The notes beneath the pieces are model-generated. The model searched no databases. It was not told the DNA's origin and saw nothing but the letters and a program-made list of their open reading frames with translations. A program made the position numbers and the translations under genes. A DNA stretch of 58,176 nucleotides, the filler included, from Diploschistes diacapsis (lineage: Eukaryota), in NCBI GenBank assembly GCA_023645945.1. It is 6 parts of 6 records of this genome, joined end to end, with 100 filler letters (N's around TTAATTAATTAA, not from the genome) between each part and the next. Parts side by side here need not be neighbours in the genome. Positions count along the whole stretch, not along the records: positions 19,444 to 29,055 come from JALAIB010001014.1; positions 29,156 to 38,765 come from JALAIB010001015.1; 4 more parts are not named here. One strand, 5' to 3'. Positions 22,868-36,061 of the stretch are shown in pieces (position 1 is the first letter of the stretch; every line of letters begins with the position of its first letter).

Positions 22868-23395
22868 TCAACCCATAACCATCCTCCAAGCACTGACCCC
22901 GGCCATCCCCATCAGCCCCAAATGCGGTATATACCACCAAATTCCACTGTACCTCCCCTTCCCCCCATCTTGCTTCTCCCGCACGTACCCACGCGCATAC
23001 ATCAACCTAGCGACACACCACGCCACGCCCAACCCAGCCGACCACTGAGGGAATGCCAACCCGGCAACCAGCAGCTGAACGAGGAAGCTTGGGTGCCAAT
23101 CGGAAAAGTTGGCGTGCGCGCGCTGGGCGCAGTTGAACTGGTACTTGGCGAGCGAGTTGGCACACTCCTCGGCCGAGGCGTAGGCGTTCGGGTAAGGGAC
23201 ACCGGACTTTTTGCGGTAGGTGCCGGTGAGGGTGGAGTGGTAGAAAGAAAGGACGGTGGAGAGGGTGGCGGTGGCCAGGACATAGCTGGGGTTTTGATCA
23301 GCAGAGTCCATTTGCACTGCAACGGTTTGCAGTAATCTTCAGCATGCACATTGCACCTACCCGTAGCTCGTGGGGATGATGAACTGGGATGCCAT
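22868..23395 (-). CDS. MAPEG family protein (microsomal glutathione S-transferase 3-like)
   Basis: MASQFIIPTSYG|YVLATA..., 'RKKSGVPYPNAYA', 'FNCAQRAHANF', 'RLMYARGY'; intron 23360-23287. Confidence 0.92.
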
Positions 23396-23980
23396 TGCTA
23401 CAGTGTTCGGACTCAATTGAACTGTGGATAAAGCAGGAATAATGGAGAGGATTCAGAACTGATGATTATAAAACAGAGTCCATGAAGAAGGACGGCTCCG
23501 CTTTATGTCTCCCAAGAGCTCCTGGCCCTTTTCCCTGGTGCCTGTGCGCCAAAGCTAGCCGACGCCAACAAAGTTAACAACAATCTCGCCGTCGGCACAA
23601 TCTTGAGGTCGAAGCAGTCCAATAAGAAAGTCTGAAAATTCGGAGCCAGGCCCGGCTCCATTTCCCAAAGGATCCGGTTTTTCTCCGCTTTGGTCCGCAA
23701 CGGAGCTGGACGGCAATTTCTCGAGAGGATCAGTAAGACACAGTCAGCGACCTTGGTCTATGAACACGTAATGCTTGGAAATCCAGGCTTACCAAGAGGT
23801 ATGGGTTGCTAGAAGCTACCAAAGGTTCAGGAGATCGAAGTTATGGGCGCGAATTACCTCCTTACGAGCAAGACCTATTACTACACAGAGATTTCAATTG
23901 GTCGCCAACTTCTACCCGAAGTGCTCGTACACAGCGAAATGGAAATAATAGCGCCATTCAGATCCAACCCGCCTGCACTT

Positions 23981-26014
23981 CTACCTCGCAGTCCGGTAAT
24001 TTCCCCTCCTCTGCTCCTCCTTCAGGCTCTCCTGCTGGCTCGGCAGCGGCGCCCTCTTCTTCGCAGATCCCGCTCCCATTCCGCCTCCGTCAATCCCCGG
24101 TAGCCCGACCGGAGCTCCCCCTATTCCCGCCATCGGTGGTAGCGGAGGCGGCACGCCGCCTGGGAACTTGGCGAGGATCTCCGGTGGTATCTTGGAAAAG
24201 TCGAAGTTGGGCGGCGGTGGCGCGACTGCGCCGTGGCCAGGAGGGGGCGGCGGCGGCGGCGGCAGGACTTTGCCTTCGGCCACGAGCTGTGCGAAGCGCT
24301 GGGGATCCATCCCGGTGAAGGGCAGAGGTGGCGGCGGGATCGGGAACGGAAGGTTGTTCTCCGGAGTCGGCGCGAATGCCAAGGGGTCGAAGGCCGGCGG
24401 TCCCGCGTTGGTGGCTAGACCTGGTAGACCGGGCAGAGCGGACTTGGGGGCCATTGTCTGGTCGACGAGTCCGTCGGCTTCGTCCTCGGCCTCCTGCTCT
24501 TCCGCTTCGCGCAGCTCTTTTCTGCCGCCGCGCCGGTCCCAGGTGCCTTGGGCTTCGGCGGCTGCTTCGCCGAGGTGGTACCTGTCGCTGAAGCACTCTG
24601 TCTCTCCTGGTCTGGGCCTCGTCCAGAATCGCGTTACTCGGTCGTTTGACCCAGAGGCGAGGATGTGGCCGAGTGGATGCCAGGACATGGACCATACGGC
24701 AAAGTCGTGTGCATGCTGTACTTTATGTGCAGGATAAATGGGCTGCGCCGGCGTGTTGCCGGGGTCTGGGCTATCGTAAGGCGAGATGGTTGTTGGTGCC
24801 CCCGGTGGGGCATTTGGCTCGTCCAGCAAGTAATGAAATATAGCACCATCGGAGCCTCCAGTAGAGAGCAAATGCGGATGAATTGGGTGCCAAGTCAACG
24901 TCGACACGTCCTTTTCGTGCCCTTTTAGCAAGCAGACATCTCGCATCATCCGCAGGTCGAATATTCGAGCGGTCTGGTCTCGAGCGCATGTCGCCAGCAG
25001 GTTTCCTCGGTGATGTTCAAATAAAGTCTTTGATATCGTGTTCTTGTGTCCATGGAGAGTGGTCAGGCACCTGCCATTCCGGGGGTCCCACAACTTAACT
25101 TGATGATCTTTCGATCCGGATACCAGAAGCCCCTTGGTAGGATGCCAGTCCACGCATTTGGCCTCCCAATTGTGCCCCGTGAGCGTAGATTCTGCCTTGT
25201 CAGCAGCAAAATTATAGATCTTGAGCGTAGCATCGTCGCATGCTGTAACATATTTCTCATCATTCGGAGAGAATGCCAGATCTCGGATGGGTTCGTTATG
25301 AGCTTGAACTTCTCTGACGTTGTTGAAGTTCGTCTGCCAGAACTTTACAATCCCGTCATGGTCAGCGGAAATCAGCCATTCTTCACTATGTGAATAGACT
25401 GCTGCTCGGATAGCAGAGTCATGTGCCTGAGCAGACTTAGCTTGCTAACGGTGTAGAAGCTATGGAATACCTACCCTAAGAATGGTTTCGAAATTAAAGG
25501 CCATGCCATTCCACAGGGTGAACTCGCCGTCGCTGGAGCAGGTCAAGCAGCGCCTCCCTTCTGGCGTCCAGCGAACGACATTTATGGGATGTTTTATCCT
25601 ATTGAGAGAAGAGTGAAGGTGTTTGGCGGGTATAGTATCGACAGCATTCTGAGGTCGGGCAGCAGGAGGGAGCATCTAGGGCACGGCACGATATCAGATA
25701 TGCATGCTCCTGAGATGACTGAATGCATTGTATTGAGCTGCATACATCGACTATATAGCTTGCGCTTGGCCGCTCCACCTCCATGAAGTTGCCATCCATG
25801 TGCGATTCTCTTCGGTTGCGCATCCATTGTACCATCGAGGTCCCAAAGTCTGTGACAGGTCCTGCGGAGCATCAGCATGGTAATCTTGCAAGTTCGTGAG
25901 GAAGCTGTCGGCATGAGAACACAACCTACTTCTTCCTGGTATGCGCTTGTGGCCCCCTCCATCATATCGAGCCTCCCCATACCCTCCGTAATCACGATAA
26001 CTATCGCGTTCCAT
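23981..26014 (-). CDS. PFS2: Polyadenylation factor subunit 2 (WDR33/Pfs2 WD40 protein)
   Basis: '[13 protein letters not shown]', '[34 protein letters not shown]', WD40 repeats ([31 protein letters not shown]) and a Pro-rich tail; at least 3 introns. Confidence 0.95.
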
Positions 26015-26628
26015 CGTCCTCTACCTCGGCTTCCTACATGTTCAAGCTGGCCCAAGCACAATTTGCTGCAGAGTGCTACACTTCACAAGCAAGTGGGTAT
26101 CAAATAGATCGATTACAGCCGGTGAAGCACACCCTCGATGCTGGTTTCTTTGGGAAATTGCTCGAAGATGAAGGAATGAAGTTTTGAGCTTCGGAAGTGA
26201 GTTGGTTTTGCACAACTTTTAATGCAAAGCCTGTGCAGATTTTATGCGTGATTGTTCAATTGCATGTGTTGACAGAACTTGAAGCTTCTTTTCATATTTT
26301 TTTGGAAGTATTCAACAAGGCGCCTTCCGGCGCACGTTCGCATACAACGGTCGATGGACCAACGGGTTGCTATCCGGTAGTGGCATTGTTGATAAATTCT
26401 GTTTCCTTTCAATCTTCAAGTTGTCTTTAGATTCTGTTGTTCAAACTATGTGTTACTGACCTTTGTGGTACGGCGTTCTCATCGTGCTAGAGACAATATA
26501 ACTATACTACTTGCAATTAAGATATCATTCTTTCCTTCTCAGCAGTGTTTTCCCAAGCGTACTCCAATCTTCGGTTTTTGATCTTAAAACTTTTCTTTGA
26601 CCTTCATTTCTTTTGCCTGTCAGCAGCA

Positions 26629-28400
26629 ATGGCGGATTTGAAAGCAATACCTAATGCAGCCGGCTTCTCTGCCATCAGCTCAACTGCTCCTGTACCCTCA
26701 AAGGGGCAGACGGGAACACGGCGGAAGTATTGCCACTATGTGGCCATGCATTCTCAAACCAGGCCGTCACGGCTCGGTCATGATTCGGAGACTGTACCGA
26801 GCTTTCTTGGTTTCCGTAACTTGATGGTTCTAGCTCTCAGTACGTTTAGATTGGCGGTTCCAAGTCAATATATGACAGGAGACATGTACCGCTAACAAAG
26901 AACGTGTTGCAGTTGTTATGAACTTGCGGCTTGTCATCGAAAACTTCATGAAGGTAGGCATGTTATCATCGAAGGGGGTAACATAAGTACTAACCCCTTA
27001 CAGTACGGAGTTCTCATATGCATACAGTGTCATGACTACAGGCGTCAGGATATATACCTGGCCGTTGTGCTCTACGCTATGGTTCCATGCCATTTGTTTA
27101 TCGCTCATGCCATCGAAGTCGCTGCTGCCTGGCATGCAGTAAGCGTCATTGGCCAGCAGAAACGAAATGAAGACAAACCGGAGATAGATCAGCTTCAGCT
27201 CCACGTGCGACTCCACGACCCTACCTGGATCTTTGTGGCATTTGCTCATACAGTGAACGCCACTCTGTGTCTCACAATCACCAGTGTCGTGGTGTACTGC
27301 TATATTAATCACCCTCTAATCGGCACGATTTGCGAACTCCACGCCTTGATCGTCTGGTTAAAGAATTGTTCCTATGCCTTCACGAACAGGGATCTTCGTC
27401 AAGCGATGCTGCATCCTGGCCTCCTTCCTAATTTACCGGGGTTATTCAAGGCTTGCCCTTACCCTCGGAATATTACCCTACGGAACCTGTCCTACTTTTG
27501 GTGGGCACCAACGCTTGTGTACCAGCCAGTCTATCCTCGTACAACACAAATTCGCCGGGGATTCGTCGTAAAACGACTTGCGGAAGTTGCTAGTCTTAGT
27601 ATTTTCATTTGGTTAGCTTCCGCGCAATACGCGGCTCCGACTCTTACGAACTCCCTGGAGAAGATGGCCTCTTTGGATTTCGTGTCTATACTTGAGCGCC
27701 TGATGAAGCTCTCTGTTATATCGTCTATCATATGGCTCGCAGGTTTCTTTGCGGTGTTCCAGTCCACGCTCAATGCGCTCGCGGAGGTCATGAGATTTGG
27801 TGACAGAGAATTCTACGCTGATTGGTGGAATAGTCCAAGCGTCGGGGCTTACTGGCGAACCTGGAACAAGCCGGTTTACAATTTCATGAGACGGCACATC
27901 TATAGCCCACTGGCCGGTAGAGGTTGGAGCCACGTAGCTGCAAGCACAATGGTCTTTGTATTCTCGGGAGTGTTGCATGAAGCCCTGGTGGGTATCCCAA
28001 CTCACAACATTCTTGGTACGTACTATTCATTTATATGACCGCTCCTTTTGCGAGTCATGACTCGGTTTGGCTGTTTTGGAAGCTCTCCAATATGCTTCCA
28101 GCAAGCACACAATTTCCTTCTGTGCGTGCGGGGGGCGATTGACTATCACTCTGCCTTTTTCTTCTGGCCTACTGACACAGCGTAGGTGTGGCCTTCATGG
28201 GTATGGTCATCCAGATTCCGCTCATCGCAGGAACAATGCCACTCGAAAAGCTGCAGGGCGTCAACGGAAAGATAATCGGGAATTGCATCTTTTGGATCAG
28301 CTTCTGCCTTGTGGGCCAGCCTCTTGCGGCGCTGCTCTACTTCTTTGCGTGGCAAGCCAAGCATGGAAGTGTTAGCCAGCAGACGTCGAGGCTTGTTTGA
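26629..28400 (+). CDS. MBOAT O-acyltransferase, DGAT1-type diacylglycerol acyltransferase
   Basis: 'PSFLGFRNLM', 'PYPRNIT', 'APTLVYQPVYPRT', 'RFGDREFYADWWNS', 'WNKPV' and the catalytic His in 'SGVLHE'; exons ~26629-26839, 26913-26953, 27004-28015, 28186-28400. Confidence 0.92.
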
Positions 28401-28599
28401 TTTTCATTGTGTCCTTAGGTAGACGGCGCAAGCCTGTTTGAATAGTCTCGAGTGCTTTGGTTCGCGAATCGCGTTGCGGCATTTGTTTTGCACCTTGTGT
28501 TCGAAGGAAGTGATACTGCAAAGGCGTTGTCGTAGTCGATTGTTGCTGTAGCGGTAAATCATGTTCCCGTTAAAAGATATCATGTTTACCCATGACATG

Positions 28600-29055
28600 T
28601 CAAGGCTCCTTCCCAGCAGCCTTGGAAGCCTCAGCTTCCCTTTTCCGCTGGAGATATCTCTCCTTGGCACTGCTGATATCGCCTTCGGTCTTTTTGCTCT
28701 TCGCCGCCCGTTCCATTGCTTCTCGCTCAACTTCTTCATCTTCGGCCGCTCTCTTTGCCGCCTCAGCGAGCTGTTCCTCCAGCATTCTGCTTTGCCGTTC
28801 CCGCATCGCCGCTTTCGAATTACCACGCCCTTGCAGAATGCTCATGGTCTCACTCGGCACCATCCTCCTGGGTACACCACCCTTTGCAGCCGGAGGTTTA
28901 GGCTTGGCCTTCACATTCAAACCCGCCGACAGCAACTCCCTCTTATCCACCACCACTCCCTCCTCATTCACCACCGCTCCCTTCTCCCTCGCCAGTTCCG
29001 TCTCCGACTTCTCCCGCCCCTCCTCCACCACTTCCCTCTCCTTCTCCTTCCCCAC
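28600..29055 (-). CDS. NSRP1/CCDC55-like (DUF2040 family) coiled-coil protein, 3' fragment
   Basis: 'VNEEGVVVDKRELLSAGLNV' and C-terminal 'KSKKTEGDISSAKERYLQRKR'; 5' end lost at the gap. Confidence 0.72.
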   Translation of the reverse strand: MGKEKEREVVEEGREKSETELAREKGAVVNEEGVVVDKRELLSAGLNVKAKPKPPAAKGGVPRRMVPSETMSILQGRGNSKAAMRERQSRMLEEQLAEAAKRAAEDEEVEREAMERAAKSKKTEGDISSAKERYLQRKREAEASKAAGKEP

Positions 29056-29155
29056 NNNNNNNNNNNNNNNNNNNNNNNNNNNNNNNNNNNNNNNNNNNNT
29101 TAATTAATTAANNNNNNNNNNNNNNNNNNNNNNNNNNNNNNNNNNNNNNNNNNNN
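29056..29155. other. Artificial contig spacer
   Basis: N44-TTAATTAATTAA-N44. Confidence 0.99.
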
Positions 29156-29751
29156 GCCAGGGGTTTGGGATTATGAGGTCGAGGAAAGCTGTGGGAGGAG
29201 GATGTCGCCAGAGTTGCTGGAATGGGGATGGGATGCATTGGCGTGAGATAATGAGGATGGAGTCTTGGGGGGTTAAGCGTTAGCAGTAAGTTGCAACGAG
29301 GCTTCTGTGAGAATTGTGTATATTTGTGGTATGTATTAGCAGTATCATCATATCGGATGCGTTCTGAGCATCTCGTGGATTTTCGCCAGTTGGGATCCAC
29401 ATGAACCGTATGCGAACATGGGCTAAAACGTTGCCTCACTATGCAAATCACAAAGGTGAAAGCATACCATTCTGATGATTCGGTGCAATGTTTAGCAGGA
29501 TAAAGAGTACTTTGTCCAAATGGGGGTATCATTAGCTTAACGCATAACTCTTCGCACACTTCCAACAACACCGACTAAACTCCTCCGTCATCTTCCTCCT
29601 GATGAAAATAAACGTCCACGACTGCCCGCAACCAAGCACTGAAACCACCTCCTCGACACTTTCGCGATACAACTGATATTATGCAATCATGACCGATTGT
29701 GTACTATGACTCCCTTGCTTTCGATTGCTTGACGTGGTGCAAGGCCAGGGA

Positions 29752-30410
29752 CTAGACAACACTATTCCCGCCTCTGTGTCTCCGTCTACCCCCGGCACGG
29801 TTGCACGTCAGGCAGGAGATGATGACGTCAAAGACGGTGACGATGCCGTTGACGATAGCCATGATGATGGAGCCGATGGCGTTGACGACTGCCATTATGC
29901 AGCGGCCTGTGAAGTGGGGTGTTAGCTGGGAGTCTTAAGAGTGTGGATGGGGTGTGAGCAGAGATTGAGCGCTTCGGAAAGGGTTTGAAGAGGTTGATGT
30001 TTTATGAGAGGATAGAGGTGGAGAAAGTTCGAAGGCTTTCCGAGCGGGTAGTGTTTGCAGATATGACGGTGGACAGAAGGGTGTGAAATATTGGGAGCTC
30101 GAGTTGCGAGTCCTAAACCAGTGCTTTAGGAGCTTCTTGATGCTGAGCCAAGAAGTGCGCTTTCTGAGCCTCGAGCATACATCTCGTCGCTTGGAGGGCG
30201 CTCTCGTCTCTTCGAATGTTCAAGAGACATGGCCCGCTTTTAGAGCGAGATTGAAACGTGTATAAAGTGTGTAATGGGCCTTGAGATGCAGTTTTCGATT
30301 TAGTGGCTTACCAATTGCCTGGAAAACGGCCTCGATACCTGTGAGAATGATCAGCTTGCGCTCTAGAAATCATAACAGAGCCAGAGCGTACAGCTAACGA
30401 CGGCGCCCAT
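29752..30410 (-). CDS. Small (66 aa) amphipathic protein of the fungal 'MGAVVSC' type
   Basis: Exons 30410-30392, 30338-30312, 29906-29752 with canonical splice and branch sites give MGAVVSCIEAVFQAIGRCIMAVVNAIGSIIMAIVNGIVTVFDVIISCLTCNRAGGRRRHRGGNSVV*. Absent from the ORF track. Confidence 0.85.
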
Positions 30411-31180
30411 GACGACGGTTTGTGGATATTATGTTGTCGAGGTAAAGAGGGTGATTGTTGAGAGTGGTAGATGTAGATGGAAGTGGAGATAGTAGGGTGC
30501 AGGCTTGAAGGTTCGGGTGTGCTTTAGGAGTGTGGAGGAAACAAAGTTGCAAGAATAGATGGAGCTGTGCGACTTTTGTACACCCTCAGCCCTAGACTGT
30601 ACTTCTGCAGCTCGTGTTGCCGTGTGCATAAACAATTGGATGTGTCAAGAAATTACCAACACGCCATTGGAGGGATTACATAACTACACATCTTTTAATC
30701 CCCCCGTGCCATGATTATCAACCCACGCTCACCCAAACTTCTTTTTCCCTCCCGATCAGCACTTCCAGACCGATATTTTGCACTATCCAGTTTGAATGGA
30801 CGACAGGCCAAACGCACATCTTGACGATACCAACTCCTTACAAACTTTGCTCAAAGAAGCCCACCAATTACCAACATTGTCCCAAACGACCGTTGGCGTC
30901 AAAGCCGCGCACACACACACCTACCTATCTCGAAAGGGTAAGTGGGCGTGAGCCTCTTGACAAGAAAATCCAGAGAAATCAAGGAAAAAGGAAATTGGAG
31001 ACCGCGAATGACGTCAAAAGATGCCTGCTGATTCCTGTCTGAGACCGGCAAGGCGTCAAAACCACTCAAAAAGGTGTGGCGGTGCAGAGAATCATGTCTC
31101 GATTGGGAAGAGGGGAAGTGGCGGTGAAGAGCTGATGTGGCTAGTGAGGGGACAACTGTGGGGGTGCAGAGCGGCAGCTG

Positions 31181-31217
31181 TGTGGCGGTCTGTGGCGGTC
31201 TGTGGCGGCTTGTGGCG
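31181..31217. repeat. 10-bp tandem repeat (TGTGGCGGTC)x~4
   Basis: tgtggcggtc tgtggcggtc tgtggcggct tgtggcg. Confidence 0.85.
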
Positions 31218-31631
31218 CTTCGTTTCTCTCGGCAGATGAACCGAGAAAAGCTTAATTGCACGCACCACCAACTTACCAGCATGTCCCACTACTGACGTCT
31301 CAGCCGAAAACTCTTCTACCTTTCATGCTTTACTACACCTTCTATGAAGAAGATTACTAGTCACCAAATACCGGCTTTTGCTGTATCTGCAGCCAGATAG
31401 ATGTTTGTGCTTGGTTCCTGAATCACAAATTGAGTTGCTTGGAACTGATCGCACTTGCATCTTGATATAGCCAAAACTGTGGGTCTATATGATACAACGG
31501 TTTGTTTTATGCTGAAGGTCTTTGGTCCTGCAGCCATTCAGTTGTCTATGGTTTTGGGCTAGAGAGTCTTTGACGGATAGACACCGCTACCCATCTGCTA
31601 CCCCCGACTGTTAATTCACCCAGGTTTCGTC

Positions 31632-32804
31632 TATGCCAAGCTCGATTCCAACAATATCAAGAAAAGGCTTCTGTTTAAAGCCTTCAAGGGGGAGAACGTA
31701 TACGATGAATGCCTGGAAGCCGCTACGCCTCATTTGTGTGAACATCTGGATGATAATGACTACAGTGCGGAACTTCAGGAATTGGGCTTCTTGCAAAGCG
31801 AAATTATGCGCTTAAAGTGGTTTCTCGTTTTCGCTTCTCAAGGAATACCGGAGAGAATTCGTCTAGGGCAAGATCGAGGAAGCTGTTGGTTGCTTCAAGC
31901 GCAGGTATCTGATACGAATGGTGTGGACATCCTTACAGTCTGCGGCAAATCTTCGACAAGTCAGCAGACCACTCGAACGACAATCCTCGAATAGAATATG
32001 AATACATTGTGAAGCCTCCGATCGAAGACCATGTACTCTTTGTTTGGTTGCATCGCAGTCCGGCGTTCGCCTTTGGCCCACTTGAGCGTGCCGATGTGTA
32101 CGCAGTCCATCGTAATGCTTACGCTAGTGAGCCTCCAGGCTCTCTTCGGGAACCTCCTAGGCTCGGTCAAGCTCATCCCGACTCACTTGCTGCGAGGTCC
32201 CTGGACGAGCGAGAAGGTAAGCCTACTGCAAGGTATATGCCAGGATCTTAAGTTTTGCTTTTCTTCACAGAGAACAAGGGAATCTTTCAAGTCCGATGCG
32301 GATGTTGCTCCTCACGGCTTGGAAGATGCGATAAGAGAATACTGTGTTCGCGCTATCGTCATGCTCGCCATACTCCAGGGAAGGCACTGGTACCTGTACT
32401 TCTTCGACGCCATTCCGCCTGTCCTCAACCGGCGTAATGAGCCACTGGAGCTCAACGAGGAGTCCTATAGTTTCAAGATGCGATCTGATACTACGCGTCC
32501 ACTCTATCCTCCTTCTGGGGCTCTCTTCAGTATTCCGATGAAGGATAGTCATCCGAGAGCTGCACTCGAAGCAGCCGAACAGATGAACGACCCAAACCTC
32601 AAAGTCTTTCACTGGCTCCTGCCGTTCTTCGAATTACAGCAGTGCGGTCTGGGACAATTCGACCTGGACCAGCCAGAGCCGTTATTGGGCAAATGGGCCA
32701 GGGACAAGAAGACGGTGGAGAAGAATAAGGATATTACGGAGGAAACGGGGGCCATGGTGCTGAATTTACTGAGCGAGGGAAAAGAGTTTGCGGTGGGTGT
32801 TTGA
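31632..32804 (+). pseudogene. Paralog A of the F-box-like gene at 36062 (5'-truncated, frameshifted)
   Basis: Begins at 'YAKLDSNNIKKR', then 'LQSEIMRLKWF', a frame change, 'PTHLLRGPWTSEKVSLL', 'GLEDAIREYC', 'AALEAAE..DP..KVFHWLLP', 'GAMVLNLL'. Confidence 0.75.
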
Positions 32805-33911
32805 AGCATTATATAAGGGAACACTAAGACCAGGCTTGATGGGTAAGCTGTTCGAAAAACACACAGGAGAATAATAAGGCAGTAATGAGTACATGCAGCC
32901 ATCTTCTGTAGGGGCTTCTCAACCCACCTCTCAATTGCTGTACGGTCACCGTGCTTGTCCGAGAAGAAATAAGTGTCCTATCACCATGTCCTAAGACCTT
33001 TTTTTGCTGTTAAGCCGGCTCCTGATAGAATCGAGTGGAGGACCTCGAGAGTGTGCAGTCTTGGAAGGATGGGGAGGAAAGATGGTCCGGGAAGAAGTAT
33101 ATATTTTCTCATGACAACGTCCTTCCAACTAAATACTTACAATTGACCTTCAAGTAAGACAATTTATAAAGGAGCTCCGGTTCACATACCCGGCGCTTCT
33201 TTTCCTTATGCATATGCGCGTTTGGAAGTGGCCATGCCGGTTCCTCCAAGGCAGCATCCTACGCGTAACACAAGGTAGGAGGATCATCTTCCTAGACTTA
33301 TGGGATACTAGCCTTGGAGCGGCTTTACGGTGCAGCCATGATCGTCGACACCTGATGCAGGGTTTTGGTGATTCAAGATTCCTCGATTGTCCTGATAGAG
33401 GGGAGCGTGCGGTGCATGGAGGAATACCAATAGTGACCGTCGTCCCAGGAATGCAGGCTAATGGGGAAGGTTTCAAAGTTTCCATCTAGGAAGAATGAGA
33501 TCTGAAGCGGGAGAGTTCTACGATACAACCTTACTATGATTTTTCTCCATTATCCTTTTTGTGTGTGCGGGGGAAGGAAGACCCTTCATGTCGCCATTTA
33601 AGTAACCACGCCCGGAAGATAAAAGAGTTCTAATCCACATCTTTTTACAAGTTCATTTCCAGGATAACCTTAGTGTACCCAGGTAGAGAAAGGCAGGCCC
33701 CTTCGAGTTTGATGAGACGTACGAGCAATGTATAGTTCAATCATAGGAAGTTGATATCTGGGTCACGGAAGCGGCCCTCTCTTCCTTGGGGCCCGTTCTT
33801 AACTTACCATTCACTTCGGTGTCTTCACATATTTCGTCCTTTCTCTATCGATTTCGGCCATGTCAGGCCCGTTTTAGAGCTCGAGCAGAAAGAACGTCAA
33901 CTTACAACGAG

Positions 33912-34915
33912 ATGGCGCAAAACGTTTCAACACAGCAAACGTACTTGCAGATACAAGCGATGTGCTCCTCACGAAGCGTTTGTCCTCATCCGTAGAGGAA
34001 CTACCTACCGAGATCTTGCAGGAATTCCTCCTCATCAGCTGGAACCTCAGCCTACCACTTGCTTCTCCGATCCTCTATGCCAAGTTGGACTCCGAGTACA
34101 CCAAGAGGCGGTCGTGTATTGCCGCCTTCACTACAGAACTCCGGAATTAAAGGGCCACGAATCTTCTGGTCAAGTTCCGTTAAGTATCCTTCAAATACAA
34201 ATGCCCACCGTGAGTCCTAACGTTGTTCTTCCGAACCGATTGGTGCGATCGATCCCCGTGGACCACGGAGAAACTTCAACTATTGCACGCTCTCCTTGAA
34301 GCATCCGAATTTGGTAAGATTATCTACCGGGATACTGAATTGGGCGAGGATACTGATCCTGTCGGCGATTTCGATCCTGGCGACGATATAAGACCCACCT
34401 ACCATGCTGAAACTGCTTCCAAGGTCTTGAAGATGCCATCAAGCAGTACTGCGTCCTAGCCATGGTCACGCTCGTTACGTCACGGTGGTGCGATCTTTTT
34501 GTCAAGTCGTTCTTGAAAGTGCGTCGTTACAAGTATCAGCGGCGCGTTGCACCTCTTCATACGATGGCCAATATCCGTGTTCAGACTTGAAGATGGATAC
34601 GCGTTTGTTCACGCTCAATACGCTTGCTGTGCCGCCACCGAGGAAGCATCTTATCGCCGCTCTTGAGGCTGCAGAAAGACACAACGATCCCGAAGTCAAG
34701 GTCTTTCGCTGGCTCTTGCCGCTCACAATGCTCAAACTGACCGAACGTTCATGGATAAACGGGATCATTAACCCAGAAATGAAAGAGTTCAATCAGTGGG
34801 CCGCCAACAAGCAGGCGGAAGAGAAAAGAAGGGGATTATAGAAGGGTTAGCCGCCACGGCAAGGAGGATGGTGAAGAACGAGGAGCGTTACGTTCAGGGC
34901 GAAGCTTATCTGTAA
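33912..34915 (+). pseudogene. Paralog B of the F-box-like gene at 36062 (stops, frameshifts, internal deletion)
   Basis: 'LSSSVEELPTEILQEFLLISWNLSLPLASPILYAKLDSEY', TAA 34148-34150, 'SPWTTEKLQLL', 'KHLIAALEAAERHNDPEVKVFRWLLPL', and a frameshift before 'GIIEGLAATA'. Confidence 0.8.
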
Positions 34916-36061
34916 CCCTCGGCTAGCTGCTGATCTCTGGTACAAGTCACTGGGCACCACGCCCTCGATGTCTCGACAGGCGCTCGCCATAGTGACTATG
35001 GAAGGGCTGCTTTTCATTCGCTGAATTCACCTCTCAATCATTTACTTTACCGGAGAGAGGGAGCAAGCGAACATCATATGTATCGTTATCATACTTGCGA
35101 GTGCATGCGTGGTTCTCCTGGTTCTCCTGTTGCTCCAAACAGGTGGACCTCCTGAGAGTTAGCTTCTTAGAATTTTTAAGAAGCTTGCAATCGTTCATTT
35201 GTTCCTGACATGACTTTCTGTGTACGAGTGCTTTCAACTCCCCACTACCTGGCTTTCTCAAGGAACTTGGCCAATAGAGAATATCAGTATAAAAGTAGAA
35301 CCTTGCCGTCGAGTTATCGCCACGGAGCTAAGATAAACCCAGCATGACATATAATGATTAAAGCTTCATTCATGGAGAAACTTTATACAGCCTAGAGCGA
35401 GATCCCTGGGGAATTCTAAAGCGCGTGGCATACTCTTAATCATAGAGAAAGTTTAAAGCAGCACGTTGTCGCGGTATTGCCACGCTTGGAGCAGCAAGAG
35501 CTTTCTATGGAGGAAAAGCTCGAGCCTGCCAGCAGTCCGCTGCAGCTACAACTAACATACCAGCGACTGTGTTCCACCACAGAGCATTTCAGCACTACTA
35601 GGTTAAAGAAACAAACGAAACAGAATTCAGCCTGGAGCAAAGTAGCGTTCGCACAGCTTTACAATCTACCCTGCGGCCACTCAGCAGGTTTTTGATACCA
35701 TCTTTGCTGCATTCTCGAAAGAGAATCAGCAGACCTTACATAAGACCACTGTATTGCGGTATATTGGACGGATGATTATATAAGAACGCATCATAACAGC
35801 ACCAGGAATTACCGATCAGTATATCCAGAAAAGCTTCAGGAGTTTCAATCGAGGAGAGGTTTTTAGTTTAGATCAATGAGTCTCCACAGCAAGGGCAGCT
35901 CACTGCACAAAGCTCTTATATCCCTCGTCGGTGTTTCGCCATCCATCTTCAGTCTTTGTTAGTTACCATTTCTCTGATCCATCTCGGTAAGGTCATTGGT
36001 CTATAGGCTATCAACTCTCAAGCTTCCAGGGATCTTCCCGACCTTGGAGACCTAATCTAAA

